Notes: a model not told the origin generated them from the sequence alone. Counted from the stretch's first letter, positions 1 through 8,172 are shown. The stretch is 13,634 bases of DNA from an uncultured Gammaproteobacteria bacterium (GCA_963827755.1 CAWHCQ010000025.1:1-13634), one strand, 5' to 3'. Made by a program: numbers and translations.

Positions 1-406
1 CACTGCCAGGGATAAAAGGAAATTGACGCTGCGTTGCTGCATCTGGCGAAAGCTTTCGCCCTCCGGATAGACAAAATCCGGATCCTTCTTGTGCTGCGGA
101 TAATGTTCGGCGACCCACTTCTTTTTCTTTTTGTACAGTTTCCCGTAGTTGACCTCGTTCAGCGCAGGCGTATCGTGGATTATGTGGATACCGAGGTGCC
201 TGGCGTGAAACTTTGCTGTCTGCCTGGCTCGCTCCAGATCGCTTGAGTAGACGGCATCGAATCTGATCGCGTGTTCCTTCAAGCCGTGCTTCCACAAAAT
301 CGACATCAGCCTTCCAGCCGCTGTCACGCGGTGAATCCCCCCAACCCAGAATCTCCTCAGCCGCATTGATGATGGTCTTGTAGTGTCTTGTTAGAATCGC
401 TCGCAT
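1..406 (-). pseudogene. Histidine phosphatase (phosphoglycerate mutase-like) family protein; apparent single-base frameshift near 281-282; runs off the left edge of the window
   Basis: Absent from the ORF track; translated by hand. ATG at 406 gives MRAILTRHYKTIINAAEEILGWGDSP (RH motif plus the typical T..N...GW.D.P segment). The rest of the domain (KEHAIRFDAVYSSDLERARQTA...LNEVNYG...PEGESF) is in the adjacent frame. Removing one base at 281-282 restores ...EARLKEHAIRF. Could be a real lesion or a sequencing error. Confidence 0.75.
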
Positions 407-441
407 GCAGGCAAGATAACAAGTTATGACGACAATGTAAA
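407..441 (-). promoter_or_regulatory. Putative sigma70 promoter giving a leaderless transcript for the 406 gene
   Basis: Minus strand: TTTACA (441-436), 17-nt spacer, TATCTT (418-413) preceded by TGn, then 6 nt to the ATG at 406. No Shine-Dalgarno sequence is visible. Confidence 0.4.
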
Positions 442-544
442 AACTCTTCCAGAAAAGTCATGCAAGCTGTTTATTATTATGATCATCGCAGAATTTATGC
501 CTCATCCACAGACGCGACCGCAGACAGGATCCATGCCGGTAATG

Positions 545-814
545 TCACTTCACGGATAATGACTTCTTCTTTTTCTCGCTGCTATCGTCCACCTGCCAGC
601 TGATGCGAATATTGAAGCGGTTACGATTATCTTCCTGGGTCGCGGTAACCTTGAGATCCAGCAGACCCTCGGGCCGCATGACGATCTTTTCGTCTTCATC
701 GCTAAAGGTGACCTTCCCTTTGGCAATACCGCTGCTGATGGACTTCAGAATGCCCTGAATGGATTCTCTATCCTGCAGTGACTGATGACGAAAACTTCTT
801 TTTCCGCTTCTCAT
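545..814 (-). CDS. Amphi-Trp domain protein (GAK system), about 89 aa
   Basis: Start re-assigned to the ATG at 814 (MRSGKRSFRHQSLQDRESI...), which avoids overlap with the upstream gene. Small protein with an alternating amphipathic strand ending in Trp (RFNIRISW) and a Lys-rich tail. GAK gene context supports the call. Confidence 0.85.
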   Translation of the reverse strand: MRSGKRSFRHQSLQDRESIQGILKSISSGIAKGKVTFSDEDEKIVMRPEGLLDLKVTATQEDNRNRFNIRISWQVDDSSEKKKKSLSVK

Positions 815-872
815 ATGTCCAGATCCGTTGTCAGCATTCCCTGTACAGTGTCTTGCATTCGGGAATGACGGT

Positions 873-2207
873 TTAGTGACTGAATAATGCCGGTTCAAAT
901 ATCTTGATGTAAGGATAGTCGCTACTGATACCCATCACCAGTCCTTCGGGTCTGAAGATGGTGACCGCCGCTCCCGGTCCCTCAAGCCCTTCTTTTGCCC
1001 GTGTATTGCGATCCAGCGTGGCATCGCATTCGAAATTGACAATGCCCTTTCTCAACAAGACCCGTTGCCCGTGCAGCAGGTTTCGATGCCCGTGAACAAT
1101 GGCATGCACACCATTCTTTTTGCGCAGCAGCCTGACCCCGCGACGGGTCAGGGGCATATCTACCGGACGATACTTGGTACGAATAATATTGGCCAGGGGA
1201 CCATAGTAGAAATCAAACGGGTCGCCGTGCATCTGCTTGCGGAATTTGCGGTTGACATATTTTATGCCTTTTTTACTGATCAATGCGGCCATTCGGTCAT
1301 CAAGGCCCGCATGTAAGAAAATAAAGGAACCTTCACGGTAGCCAAGCTGCATTCGCTTGTAAAACCACGCATATTCGCCCTTTGGATACAGAAACAGCTG
1401 CTGCCATTTCCTGGCAGCCGCGTACACCATGCGCAGGGAAAGCCCTGCCATCTCGCAACCCTCTTCGAAGCGTGCCATCTTCCTGTACAACCTGCTCACC
1501 TCACGCTCGATGCTTGCCTCAGGCATTCCCCATGCGGCAAGTTCAGGGAAATCCCGAAACCAGCTTTCGGGAGGATAGAGCAGTCGCCTGCATTCACGGG
1601 TATCCGGCACACCTTGCAGGGCATTCTTCCCCTGCAGGTAACGGTCACGAATCTCGGACAGAAAGGGGATCATCTTCGGCCCCATGCGGATAAAGAAATG
1701 ATCGGTTCTGGGGTCCGGTTCCATGCCGATCGTCTTTATTCCCAGCATCATGCGGATGTCATGATTACCGGCCAGTAACACCACGTCAGCGCCCCGGTTC
1801 ATCAGCATCCGGATTATATCGAGCAGTCGCAGTGTGCTTGGCCCCTTGTCAAAACAGTCTCCGCCGATGAGGAAACGCGCCTTCCGTCCGGCCCTGGTGA
1901 GCTTGAAATCCCTGTCCCGGGACCCGGTCTTTTTTACACCCCCCGAGGCAACCAGGGATGCCATGAAGGCATCGGCATCGGCATGGATATCGGAAATGAA
2001 ATACACGGTGCGTTTCGGCCACTTCCATGGTTCCTTGCCAATAGCCACGTGCATATCCCGCGCATAGGCATCACTGTGGTATCTGTCTTTTTTAACGGAA
2101 AGCAGTTTACCCAGCATCCAGACCTGGCCCTGCTCCGGGAGGTTTGCCGTGATCCAGGACTTCCCCCTGTAACGCGGGAGGTGTTTGCATGTAGTCTTCA
2201 GCTGCAT
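873..2207 (-). CDS. Calcineurin-like metallophosphoesterase (PPP/Shelph-like), about 444 aa
   Basis: Metal-binding motifs in the expected order: SDIHAD, GDCFDKG, GNHD, HAG, HGH. Start placed at the ATG at 2207, just downstream of the 2222 stop, rather than the overlapping 2282. Confidence 0.85.
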   Translation of the reverse strand: MQLKTTCKHLPRYRGKSWITANLPEQGQVWMLGKLLSVKKDRYHSDAYARDMHVAIGKEPWKWPKRTVYFISDIHADADAFMASLVASGGVKKTGSRDRDFKLTRAGRKARFLIGGDCFDKGPSTLRLLDIIRMLMNRGADVVLLAGNHDIRMMLGIKTIGMEPDPRTDHFFIRMGPKMIPFLSEIRDRYLQGKNALQGVPDTRECRRLLYPPESWFRDFPELAAWGMPEASIEREVSRLYRKMARFEEGCEMAGLSLRMVYAAARKWQQLFLYPKGEYAWFYKRMQLGYREGSFIFLHAGLDDRMAALISKKGIKYVNRKFRKQMHGDPFDFYYGPLANIIRTKYRPVDMPLTRRGVRLLRKKNGVHAIVHGHRNLLHGQRVLLRKGIVNFECDATLDRNTRAKEGLEGPGAAVTIFRPEGLVMGISSDYPYIKIFEPALFSH

Positions 2208-2221
2208 GATCCGTTGCCAGG

Positions 2222-2926
2222 CTAGTCTGTGTAAACGCCGCTGACCGAACGCACCTTCCACTCCCCGTCGATATGGCGCCATTGTCCCCCGGGAAGATAC
2301 TCGAGCATGACCGGCCGGCAGTGGTACATGCTGAGCTGCCCGAGTTGTTCAATCGACAGCACGCCAAGATGGCAGGCCGCATGACGAAAGGCGGCACCAT
2401 GCCCGATGAAAATCTTTAGCCTGTCATGGTCGGCGTCTTGCGTGATGGCCGCCATCGATCCGGACAGGTGAGCAGCTACCCGCGCACCGGCCTCCAGCAG
2501 GGATTCGGCGCCCTGCAACGGCAGGCGGTAATGACTGTCCGCCTTCCAGCCGGCAGGCGGCGCGGAAAAACGCGGGTCCTGCTGCAGGATGGCCTCGATC
2601 TGTGTTGTGGCGAGATTGGCCAGGCAGCCGACGCCTCTTTCAGCCAGTTCGTCGTAACTGTCGACAGGCGGCCTGGACGGGGTCAATTGTGCAAGCTCAT
2701 CGGCAAAAATCACTGCCGTTTGCCAGGCGCGCAGCATGCGCGATGAGTCAATCGCAGGCACCAGGCACCAGCCGTTGCGGACGATCATTTCATGCAGGGC
2801 CTGCGCACCCGCCTGCGCCCGGGCCTCTCCTTCGCCGGTGAGCGGCCAGGGTTGGTGGGCACTGGGAGTATCCGGTGACTGGTGATAGTCGCCATGTCGA
2901 ACCAGCGCTGCGATCAGTCTCCCCAT
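2222..2926 (-). CDS. Histidine phosphatase family protein, 234 aa
   Basis: LVRHG catalytic motif, SSRMLRAWQTA, LAER, GAES and a C-terminal GHG. Confidence 0.9.
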   Translation of the reverse strand: MGRLIAALVRHGDYHQSPDTPSAHQPWPLTGEGEARAQAGAQALHEMIVRNGWCLVPAIDSSRMLRAWQTAVIFADELAQLTPSRPPVDSYDELAERGVGCLANLATTQIEAILQQDPRFSAPPAGWKADSHYRLPLQGAESLLEAGARVAAHLSGSMAAITQDADHDRLKIFIGHGAAFRHAACHLGVLSIEQLGQLSMYHCRPVMLEYLPGGQWRHIDGEWKVRSVSGVYTD

Positions 2927-2929
2927 GCG

Positions 2930-3895
2930 TCAGAGCATGGCTGCCAGTTTTTCTACCAGTGGCCCGAGTTCCGGCTGTTTCAGCCGGCTGGCCGCTTTTT
3001 TCGCGCTCAACCACTGGCGCCCGCGGTGACTTTCCTCCCATTCATCATCTGCCAGGAGACCAGTGACCCTCATGGGATAGACGGCGACGCTGCAGGTGGC
3101 CCCCCATTTCTCGCAGGTATAGCTGCCGAGGGCATCTTCCGCAACCTCGCCTTCGATGCCTGCTTCCTCCAGCGCCTCCTGCGCGGCCGATGCCTGGGGA
3201 GAAAGCCCCGGTTCCTGGATGCCTTTCGGAACGACGAGGTGATTTTTTTTGCTCGACGCAATGACCAGTATTTCCGTTTTGCCGTCGCGCACGCGGTAAG
3301 GGATCACGGATGACTGGGTGTAGTAGTAGGCGGGCCGGTCACGCAGTTCCTTGCCGTCCGGTGACGGGTAAGGAAATTTCTCCGGCAGGGTTGCGGGATG
3401 AGTCAGGGAAACAAGACGGGCGCACCCGGCAATCAATGTACGCCAGTCTGCCTGCATCTGCAGCCTGGCCAGCGTTGCTGTCGGCATCAGTTTGCCATCG
3501 TCGGACAATGGAATATCTTCGTTCGCCAGCCAGACGAGCAAGTCTTCCAGACCCGGGTTATGGCCCACGAGCATCACCCGTGACGTATCCTGCGGACAGT
3601 CCGCGAGCACCGCGAGCAGTTCATCGAGCCCTGCCGCATAGATGCGCTCGTCCTGCACGATCCCCGCATCGCTGTAACCCATGGCCTTGCAGACCTTTTG
3701 GGCAGTGACCAGCGCACGCTCCGCCGGTGATGTAATAATCAGGTCAGGTATTGTTTTCTGCTGCGCGAGCCAAACCCCGACACGCTGGGCAGCACGTTTG
3801 CCACGATCCTTCAGCGGACGATGAAAATCATCAAGGCCGGTACTCCAGTCGGACTTGCCGTGGCGCAGCAGCAAAAGTTCACGTGTCATGATCAT
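2930..3895 (-). CDS. SixA-like histidine phosphatase fused to a C-terminal Nudix hydrolase (Ap6A/DIPP-like), 321 aa
   Basis: N-domain: LLRHGKS, D..RPL..RG, TSPAERALVTA, VGHNPG, PTA (SixA pattern). C-domain: ILVIASS...VVPKGIQEPGLSPQASAAQEALEEAGI (variant Nudix box) and WEESHRGRQW. AGGA RBS upstream of 3895. Confidence 0.88.
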   Translation of the reverse strand: MIMTRELLLLRHGKSDWSTGLDDFHRPLKDRGKRAAQRVGVWLAQQKTIPDLIITSPAERALVTAQKVCKAMGYSDAGIVQDERIYAAGLDELLAVLADCPQDTSRVMLVGHNPGLEDLLVWLANEDIPLSDDGKLMPTATLARLQMQADWRTLIAGCARLVSLTHPATLPEKFPYPSPDGKELRDRPAYYYTQSSVIPYRVRDGKTEILVIASSKKNHLVVPKGIQEPGLSPQASAAQEALEEAGIEGEVAEDALGSYTCEKWGATCSVAVYPMRVTGLLADDEWEESHRGRQWLSAKKAASRLKQPELGPLVEKLAAML

Positions 3896-3911
3896 TTAAG
3901 TTCCTGTTGTC

Positions 3912-4076
3912 GGGTCAGACCAAAATGGCACCTGCTTAAGAGGTGTTATCAATAAAAAAACACCCGATTGGCCACGGAAGCACACGGAATGACACGGAAT
4001 AAAAATACATTAATAGAATTGTTTCCGTGTGCTTCCGTGGCAGGATATTTGAATAAGTACCATTAGGGTCAGACCA
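3912..4076. repeat. REP/MITE-like intergenic element with nested inverted repeats
   Basis: Perfect 19-bp inverted repeat GCCACGGAAGCACACGGAA (3971-3989 / 4023-4041) around an AT-rich spacer. Three CACGGAA units at 10-bp period (3973, 3983, 3993). The 11-mer GGGTCAGACCA occurs at both ends (3912-3922, 4066-4076), and the ends also form a 15/19 imperfect terminal inverted repeat. Confidence 0.7.
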
Positions 4077-5172
4077 GTACCTCATGCAAACAGCGATCCG
4101 CCATGGCGGAAAAATCAACCCGCCCCCTGGCGACGTAGACGGGAATGGTCTCGAGTGCCTCCAGGTAGACCGCCTCGTCGAAGACTTCCGTATCCTGCTG
4201 GAAGGTGCCGTCCGGGTGCTGGTAGAACGGACCGGGTGATTTCATCAGGGCGTCGAGCAGGTCAGGGTTGAGCGCCGGGTCCACCCGCTCAACCTGCAGT
4301 TCCATATCACTGTCACGCTGCCAGTCCAGTATCAGGAATGCCGACAGCGGGGCCTCCGCCATGATCCGCCCGGGTCCGTAGACCCTGTCGATATGTACAT
4401 CGTATTTTTCCTCGAGCGCCCACAGCTCCGCGCCCGGCAGCTGCAGCAGGGCCTTGCGCTGTTTTGCAGGAATCAGGCTGTGCAGCCTTTTATTGTGGAC
4501 AATGGTGCCTGGATTGATGCGCGGCAATTTCGGTATGCCGCGCGCCTCGACCCGGCCGGAACCGGCATGCATGAACAAACGATCATTGGTCAGGTAGGAC
4601 ACCTCGTCATTGTCGAGCATATGCAGCATCAGGGTAGACTTCCCGCCGCCGGAAAACCCGGCAATCCCGAGTCCCTTGCCCTGGTAGACGAGCCCCGCGG
4701 CATGGCAGATCAGCCAGCCCCGGTTTTGCAGCCAGTTCATGTACTGGGAATTGATGAAGTTGATTACCTGGTTGTCATATTTCCTGCAGGGTCCGGCGGC
4801 GATGCGGCGATGCTCGCTCTGCAGGAATACCATGCCGGTGCGCACCTTGCGGACCAGGCGTCCACCCGGCAGGTCCACGTAGGAATCCTTGCGGCCGGTC
4901 TTGCCCGGTTCGCGTTTCCAGTCGATGAACTCTACATCAAGTTCCGGCGCATCGCGTTCGATGGCAATGATGTCGATGTCGGGGGTGGTGGCCTCGCTTG
5001 TGACGTGCGAGAAATAATCGGCAAGACCTGTCAGCAGTTCCGGGGAATTGGAGCGCACCCTGAGTACGCATTCGCCGGGTGCAAGATAGAGTTCGTCTGC
5101 GCACAGGGGTGCCTGCTCCTGTAATTCAGCCACGGCAGCATCCACAGTAAAGTCCATCGTCATTGTCTCCAT
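4069..5172 (-). CDS. HprK-related kinase B (GAK system P-loop kinase), up to 367 aa
   Basis: HAAGL...GIAGFSGGGKST Walker A followed by YLTNDR, the HprK/PEPCK-like pattern. Lies directly downstream of the ATP-grasp gene (3-nt gap). The start could be 5163 or 5157 (GGAG upstream). Confidence 0.88.
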   Translation of the reverse strand: METMTMDFTVDAAVAELQEQAPLCADELYLAPGECVLRVRSNSPELLTGLADYFSHVTSEATTPDIDIIAIERDAPELDVEFIDWKREPGKTGRKDSYVDLPGGRLVRKVRTGMVFLQSEHRRIAAGPCRKYDNQVINFINSQYMNWLQNRGWLICHAAGLVYQGKGLGIAGFSGGGKSTLMLHMLDNDEVSYLTNDRLFMHAGSGRVEARGIPKLPRINPGTIVHNKRLHSLIPAKQRKALLQLPGAELWALEEKYDVHIDRVYGPGRIMAEAPLSAFLILDWQRDSDMELQVERVDPALNPDLLDALMKSPGPFYQHPDGTFQQDTEVFDEAVYLEALETIPVYVARGRVDFSAMADRCLHEVLV

Positions 5173-5175
5173 TTC

Positions 5176-6066
5176 TCATGCGCTTAGTTGACGCAGCACA
5201 TGTTCGACATACAAACCGGCGGCATCGATTCCGATACCTTCGAGGGCGCCGCGAAACCCCCCAAAGGCGGACACCTCGAAAACGATTGGCCCGCTTTTCG
5301 TTTCGGCGACATCGACCGTGGTGAAGTCCATGGCAAACAACTCCTGGGCACGCCGGGCCAGCTCTATCACGGTATCCGGCGGCGTATGCGCTTCATACCG
5401 GCCACCACTGTGTATGGTCGTGTTCCAGGCGGCACCTTTCGAGACCCTGGCATAACTGCCCAGATATTCACCCGCGAGGAACACCATCCCCAGGTCCCGG
5501 CCCGGCAAGTCGATTTTCTGCTGGATATACATCACCGGGTTCTCCGCCCGAAAGGCGCGAATCTCACGCTCGACCCCGGCCGGGTCGCTGGCGGAATCGA
5601 TCACGCACATGCCGCGTGCCTTGGTGGAATAGAGCGGCTTGAACACGGCACTGCCAAAATCCTGCACGGCCGCCAGCGCCACGCCGGCATTCTCGGTGAC
5701 ACGGGTCGCCGGCATCGGGATGCCGGCGTTGCGCAGCGTCACCGTGCAACTCAGACGGTCAATCAGGCGCAGCATATTCTCCGCCCGGCTGAAGACGCGG
5801 ACCCCGGCCTGCTCGGCGACGCGCAGCAGCTCCAGGCGGTCCAGCGTGGCGGGACTGTAACTGGCGCTGATCTTCTTGATGATCAGCGCATCCAGCCGGC
5901 ACAAATCCATGTCCTCAAAAACCAGGCGCTGCTTTTCCAGGTCGAGACTGACGTCAGCCATATCGATCACCAGCCGCTGACCGGTCTTTTTCTCAACGGC
6001 GTCGGCCAGCGTCTCCGTGGACCACTTCCCCGGTATGCCGACAACACCGATTCTGTATTCAGCCAA
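5176..6066 (-). CDS. GAK system ATP-grasp enzyme (RimK/CofF/LysX-like), about 296 aa
   Basis: GIPMPAT, VFKPLYSTKARG, YIQQKI, GRDL, WNTT, VDVAET and FEVSAFGG form a RimK-like ATP-grasp layout. Probable TTG start at 6066 with GGGAG RBS, overlapping the upstream stop. Confidence 0.9.
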   Translation of the reverse strand: MAEYRIGVVGIPGKWSTETLADAVEKKTGQRLVIDMADVSLDLEKQRLVFEDMDLCRLDALIIKKISASYSPATLDRLELLRVAEQAGVRVFSRAENMLRLIDRLSCTVTLRNAGIPMPATRVTENAGVALAAVQDFGSAVFKPLYSTKARGMCVIDSASDPAGVEREIRAFRAENPVMYIQQKIDLPGRDLGMVFLAGEYLGSYARVSKGAAWNTTIHSGGRYEAHTPPDTVIELARRAQELFAMDFTTVDVAETKSGPIVFEVSAFGGFRGALEGIGIDAAGLYVEHVLRQLSA

Positions 6067-7699
6067 TGAATATCTCCCTGACCGGCACACGGAACGAGTG
6101 CGGATCCTTCAGGTCTGCCGCCAGCACCTGCTCGAGCAGGTAACGTGCACGCAGGAACATGGCGCGCGCCAGTGACTTGTCGAGTATAAACCGCGTGGAT
6201 GTGGCAAACGAGCGCGCCAGTCCCAGGGCGAGGCGCAGCTCGAAAGTCCTGTCACCGGATTTCCTCGCAAAGTCCGCCGCAAACCGGTAGAAATCCCGCG
6301 TCAGCAGCATGATGCGTCGTCGCAGTGGTGCGTCGAAAATCTGCAAACGGTAATTGGAGACCATGAAAACCGATACATCCTGGACATAGTCCATGTAGCG
6401 CGAACGATGCAGATCAATGAAGTTGATCTTCTTTTCCAGCGGATCGTAGATGATATTGTCCACGTTGAAATCGCCGTGGATATAGACTGAAAACGGCGCC
6501 CTGATCCCGGACTCGAGGCGATGCACCCGCTTCAGCAGTGCACCGAAGGACGGCACGGATGTACCACAGATGCGGCAGTCATCCTGGCGAAACTCCGGGT
6601 GGATGGTATACACCTCTTCCAGTCGCTTTGACAGCTGGCGCATGTATGCAGCGGAAACCGGTGTTGCGGTACGCGTCTCGCGCCATACTTTCCCGAGGGT
6701 GCGTTGCAGCTGCTTCCGGGTCTCCCTGAGCAGGCGGGTCGGTTCGTGCAGCAGTATCTGCTCGAATGTCAGCCCGGCCAGATGCTCTATCAATAATGAG
6801 GCGGACTGTCCGCGTTTATTGTAGGAAAGAATCCTGGGCGCCAGGCCCGGGAATTTCTCCTGCCAGCTCTTCAGGCCGCGACGCTCCTCGCGCAACTTGC
6901 GCTTCTTGCCGTCCTTGTAGATGGCCACATAACCGGCATCTTCCTGCCCGCTCGCACTGATGGCGGAAATGCCGCTGCCGGAACGTGTTTCTGCTATTTG
7001 CTCGGCCACCAGGCCTGAAGCCTTGTGTGCCGTGTCCAGCTGTTCCATTGAAGCACGCAGGGAATGGTAGCGGTCAATGTTGATCGGCTGACCCAGGTTG
7101 GCGGATATGATGGTCTCGCTGATATTCAGCATGGCATCCCCCATCTGTTCGATGCCGTGCACCAGGAACAGCCCTGCCACCAGGTCTTCCGTATGTTTCC
7201 TGCGCTTGAGTCCCGTGGTGTACTTTTTCACCAGCTTTTGGCTGGACTTGTCCAGCCGTGTCTTGATTGCGCCGATCCTGAGCGCCAGCCGGGTGTCGTT
7301 TCGACGGATTGCCCGTTCAATCCGGTCGATCCCCCGAGTGATCCTGTCCAGCATGGAGATACAGGTGCCTGCGCCAGGGCAACGTCTGTTATGCAGCTGA
7401 TCCAGTTGCCGAATAGATTCACGGCACAGGCCGGTGATACGTTCAAGCTCTGTCGCAATGGATTCAATCACACGGAGTGAGGCGGCATCTGTACCTGATT
7501 CAACCGCCTTGATGGCCTGGACGTGGCAGCTGTCGTGTATCCGCAGCATGAGATTATAGGCATAACCACTGCGGTCAAGGATATGCCGGGCAACACTTGC
7601 CGAGGGGGCATCAAGATAGGCCTGCAGGCTGGAGACCTGGGATCCGACCTCGGCGACCAGGAAACGCAGGTTGTTGCGTATATTCTTGGGGATTTTCAT
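6059..7699 (-). CDS. PhoU-like domain fused to an APH/choline-kinase-fold phosphotransferase, 546 aa
   Basis: Helical N-terminal ~200 aa with two PhoU-like repeats (ELERITG; IEQMGDAMLNISE). C-terminal kinase motifs IYKDG, HGDFNVDN and FIDL. TAATG stop/start coupling to the upstream Nudix gene. Confidence 0.82.
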   Translation of the reverse strand: MKIPKNIRNNLRFLVAEVGSQVSSLQAYLDAPSASVARHILDRSGYAYNLMLRIHDSCHVQAIKAVESGTDAASLRVIESIATELERITGLCRESIRQLDQLHNRRCPGAGTCISMLDRITRGIDRIERAIRRNDTRLALRIGAIKTRLDKSSQKLVKKYTTGLKRRKHTEDLVAGLFLVHGIEQMGDAMLNISETIISANLGQPINIDRYHSLRASMEQLDTAHKASGLVAEQIAETRSGSGISAISASGQEDAGYVAIYKDGKKRKLREERRGLKSWQEKFPGLAPRILSYNKRGQSASLLIEHLAGLTFEQILLHEPTRLLRETRKQLQRTLGKVWRETRTATPVSAAYMRQLSKRLEEVYTIHPEFRQDDCRICGTSVPSFGALLKRVHRLESGIRAPFSVYIHGDFNVDNIIYDPLEKKINFIDLHRSRYMDYVQDVSVFMVSNYRLQIFDAPLRRRIMLLTRDFYRFAADFARKSGDRTFELRLALGLARSFATSTRFILDKSLARAMFLRARYLLEQVLAADLKDPHSFRVPVREIFIG

Positions 7700-8172
7700 T
7701 ACCAGTCGATGGTCCCGAGGTAGACGCTGCCGGCCGTCGCAGCGGGCTCCGCCAGGTACGGCGCCAGCGACCGCGGGTATAGCGGCATACCCGCAAGCTC
7801 GTCCAGCCTGGCCCAGACCACCTCGACCTGGTGCTTGTCGGGGTGGTGGCCGTTTCTGGGCGCATAGTCATCGGGAACCCTGCACGCGAACAGAAACTCG
7901 ACCAGGTGACGCCTGCTGAGGGGGTCTGTGTCGCGCGGCTTGAAATAGTCAGCCACATAGACAAGATCACGGATTTCCACGCGGGTGCCGATTTCCTCCA
8001 CGCATTCACGCATGAGCGCCTCTTCAAGGGTTTCGCCGATATCCTGGCCACCTCCGGGCAGTGCAAACCGCTCACCCTTTTCGTAGCCGTCCTTGCGCAG
8101 CAACAGGATGTTCTCGCCTTGCAGGATCAATGCGCGGGCAGTATTGCGTATCGGGGGTATAATCGATTCCAT
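7699..8172 (-). CDS. Nudix hydrolase, 157 aa
   Basis: Canonical Nudix box GGQDIGETLEEALMRECVEEIG (GX5EX7REUXEEXG). Confidence 0.92.
   Translation of the reverse strand: MESIIPPIRNTARALILQGENILLLRKDGYEKGERFALPGGGQDIGETLEEALMRECVEEIGTRVEIRDLVYVADYFKPRDTDPLSRRHLVEFLFACRVPDDYAPRNGHHPDKHQVEVVWARLDELAGMPLYPRSLAPYLAEPAATAGSVYLGTIDW

Noticed and set aside
34-246. 70-aa plus-strand ORF
   Set aside because: Antisense to the histidine phosphatase domain.
411-440. Possible Pho box (GTCAT/GTTAT repeats on the minus strand)
   Set aside because: The half-sites recur at 10-bp rather than 11-bp period and match poorly. A plain sigma70 promoter explains the region better.
3936-4118. 60-aa minus-strand ORF; also the CACGGAA repeats as a possible CRISPR array
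   Set aside because: The ORF only reads through the repeat element. The repeats are 7-10 bp with no unique spacers and no cas genes nearby.
4393-6069. Long plus-strand ORFs 4393..5124 (243 aa) and 5188..6069 (293 aa)
   Set aside because: Antisense shadows of well-supported minus-strand genes, with no recognisable motifs. Such shadows are expected in GC-rich coding DNA.
6059-7000. Aminoglycoside resistance kinase
   Set aside because: The APH fold is shared by many small-molecule and protein kinases. The PhoU-like fusion and operon context argue against resistance.
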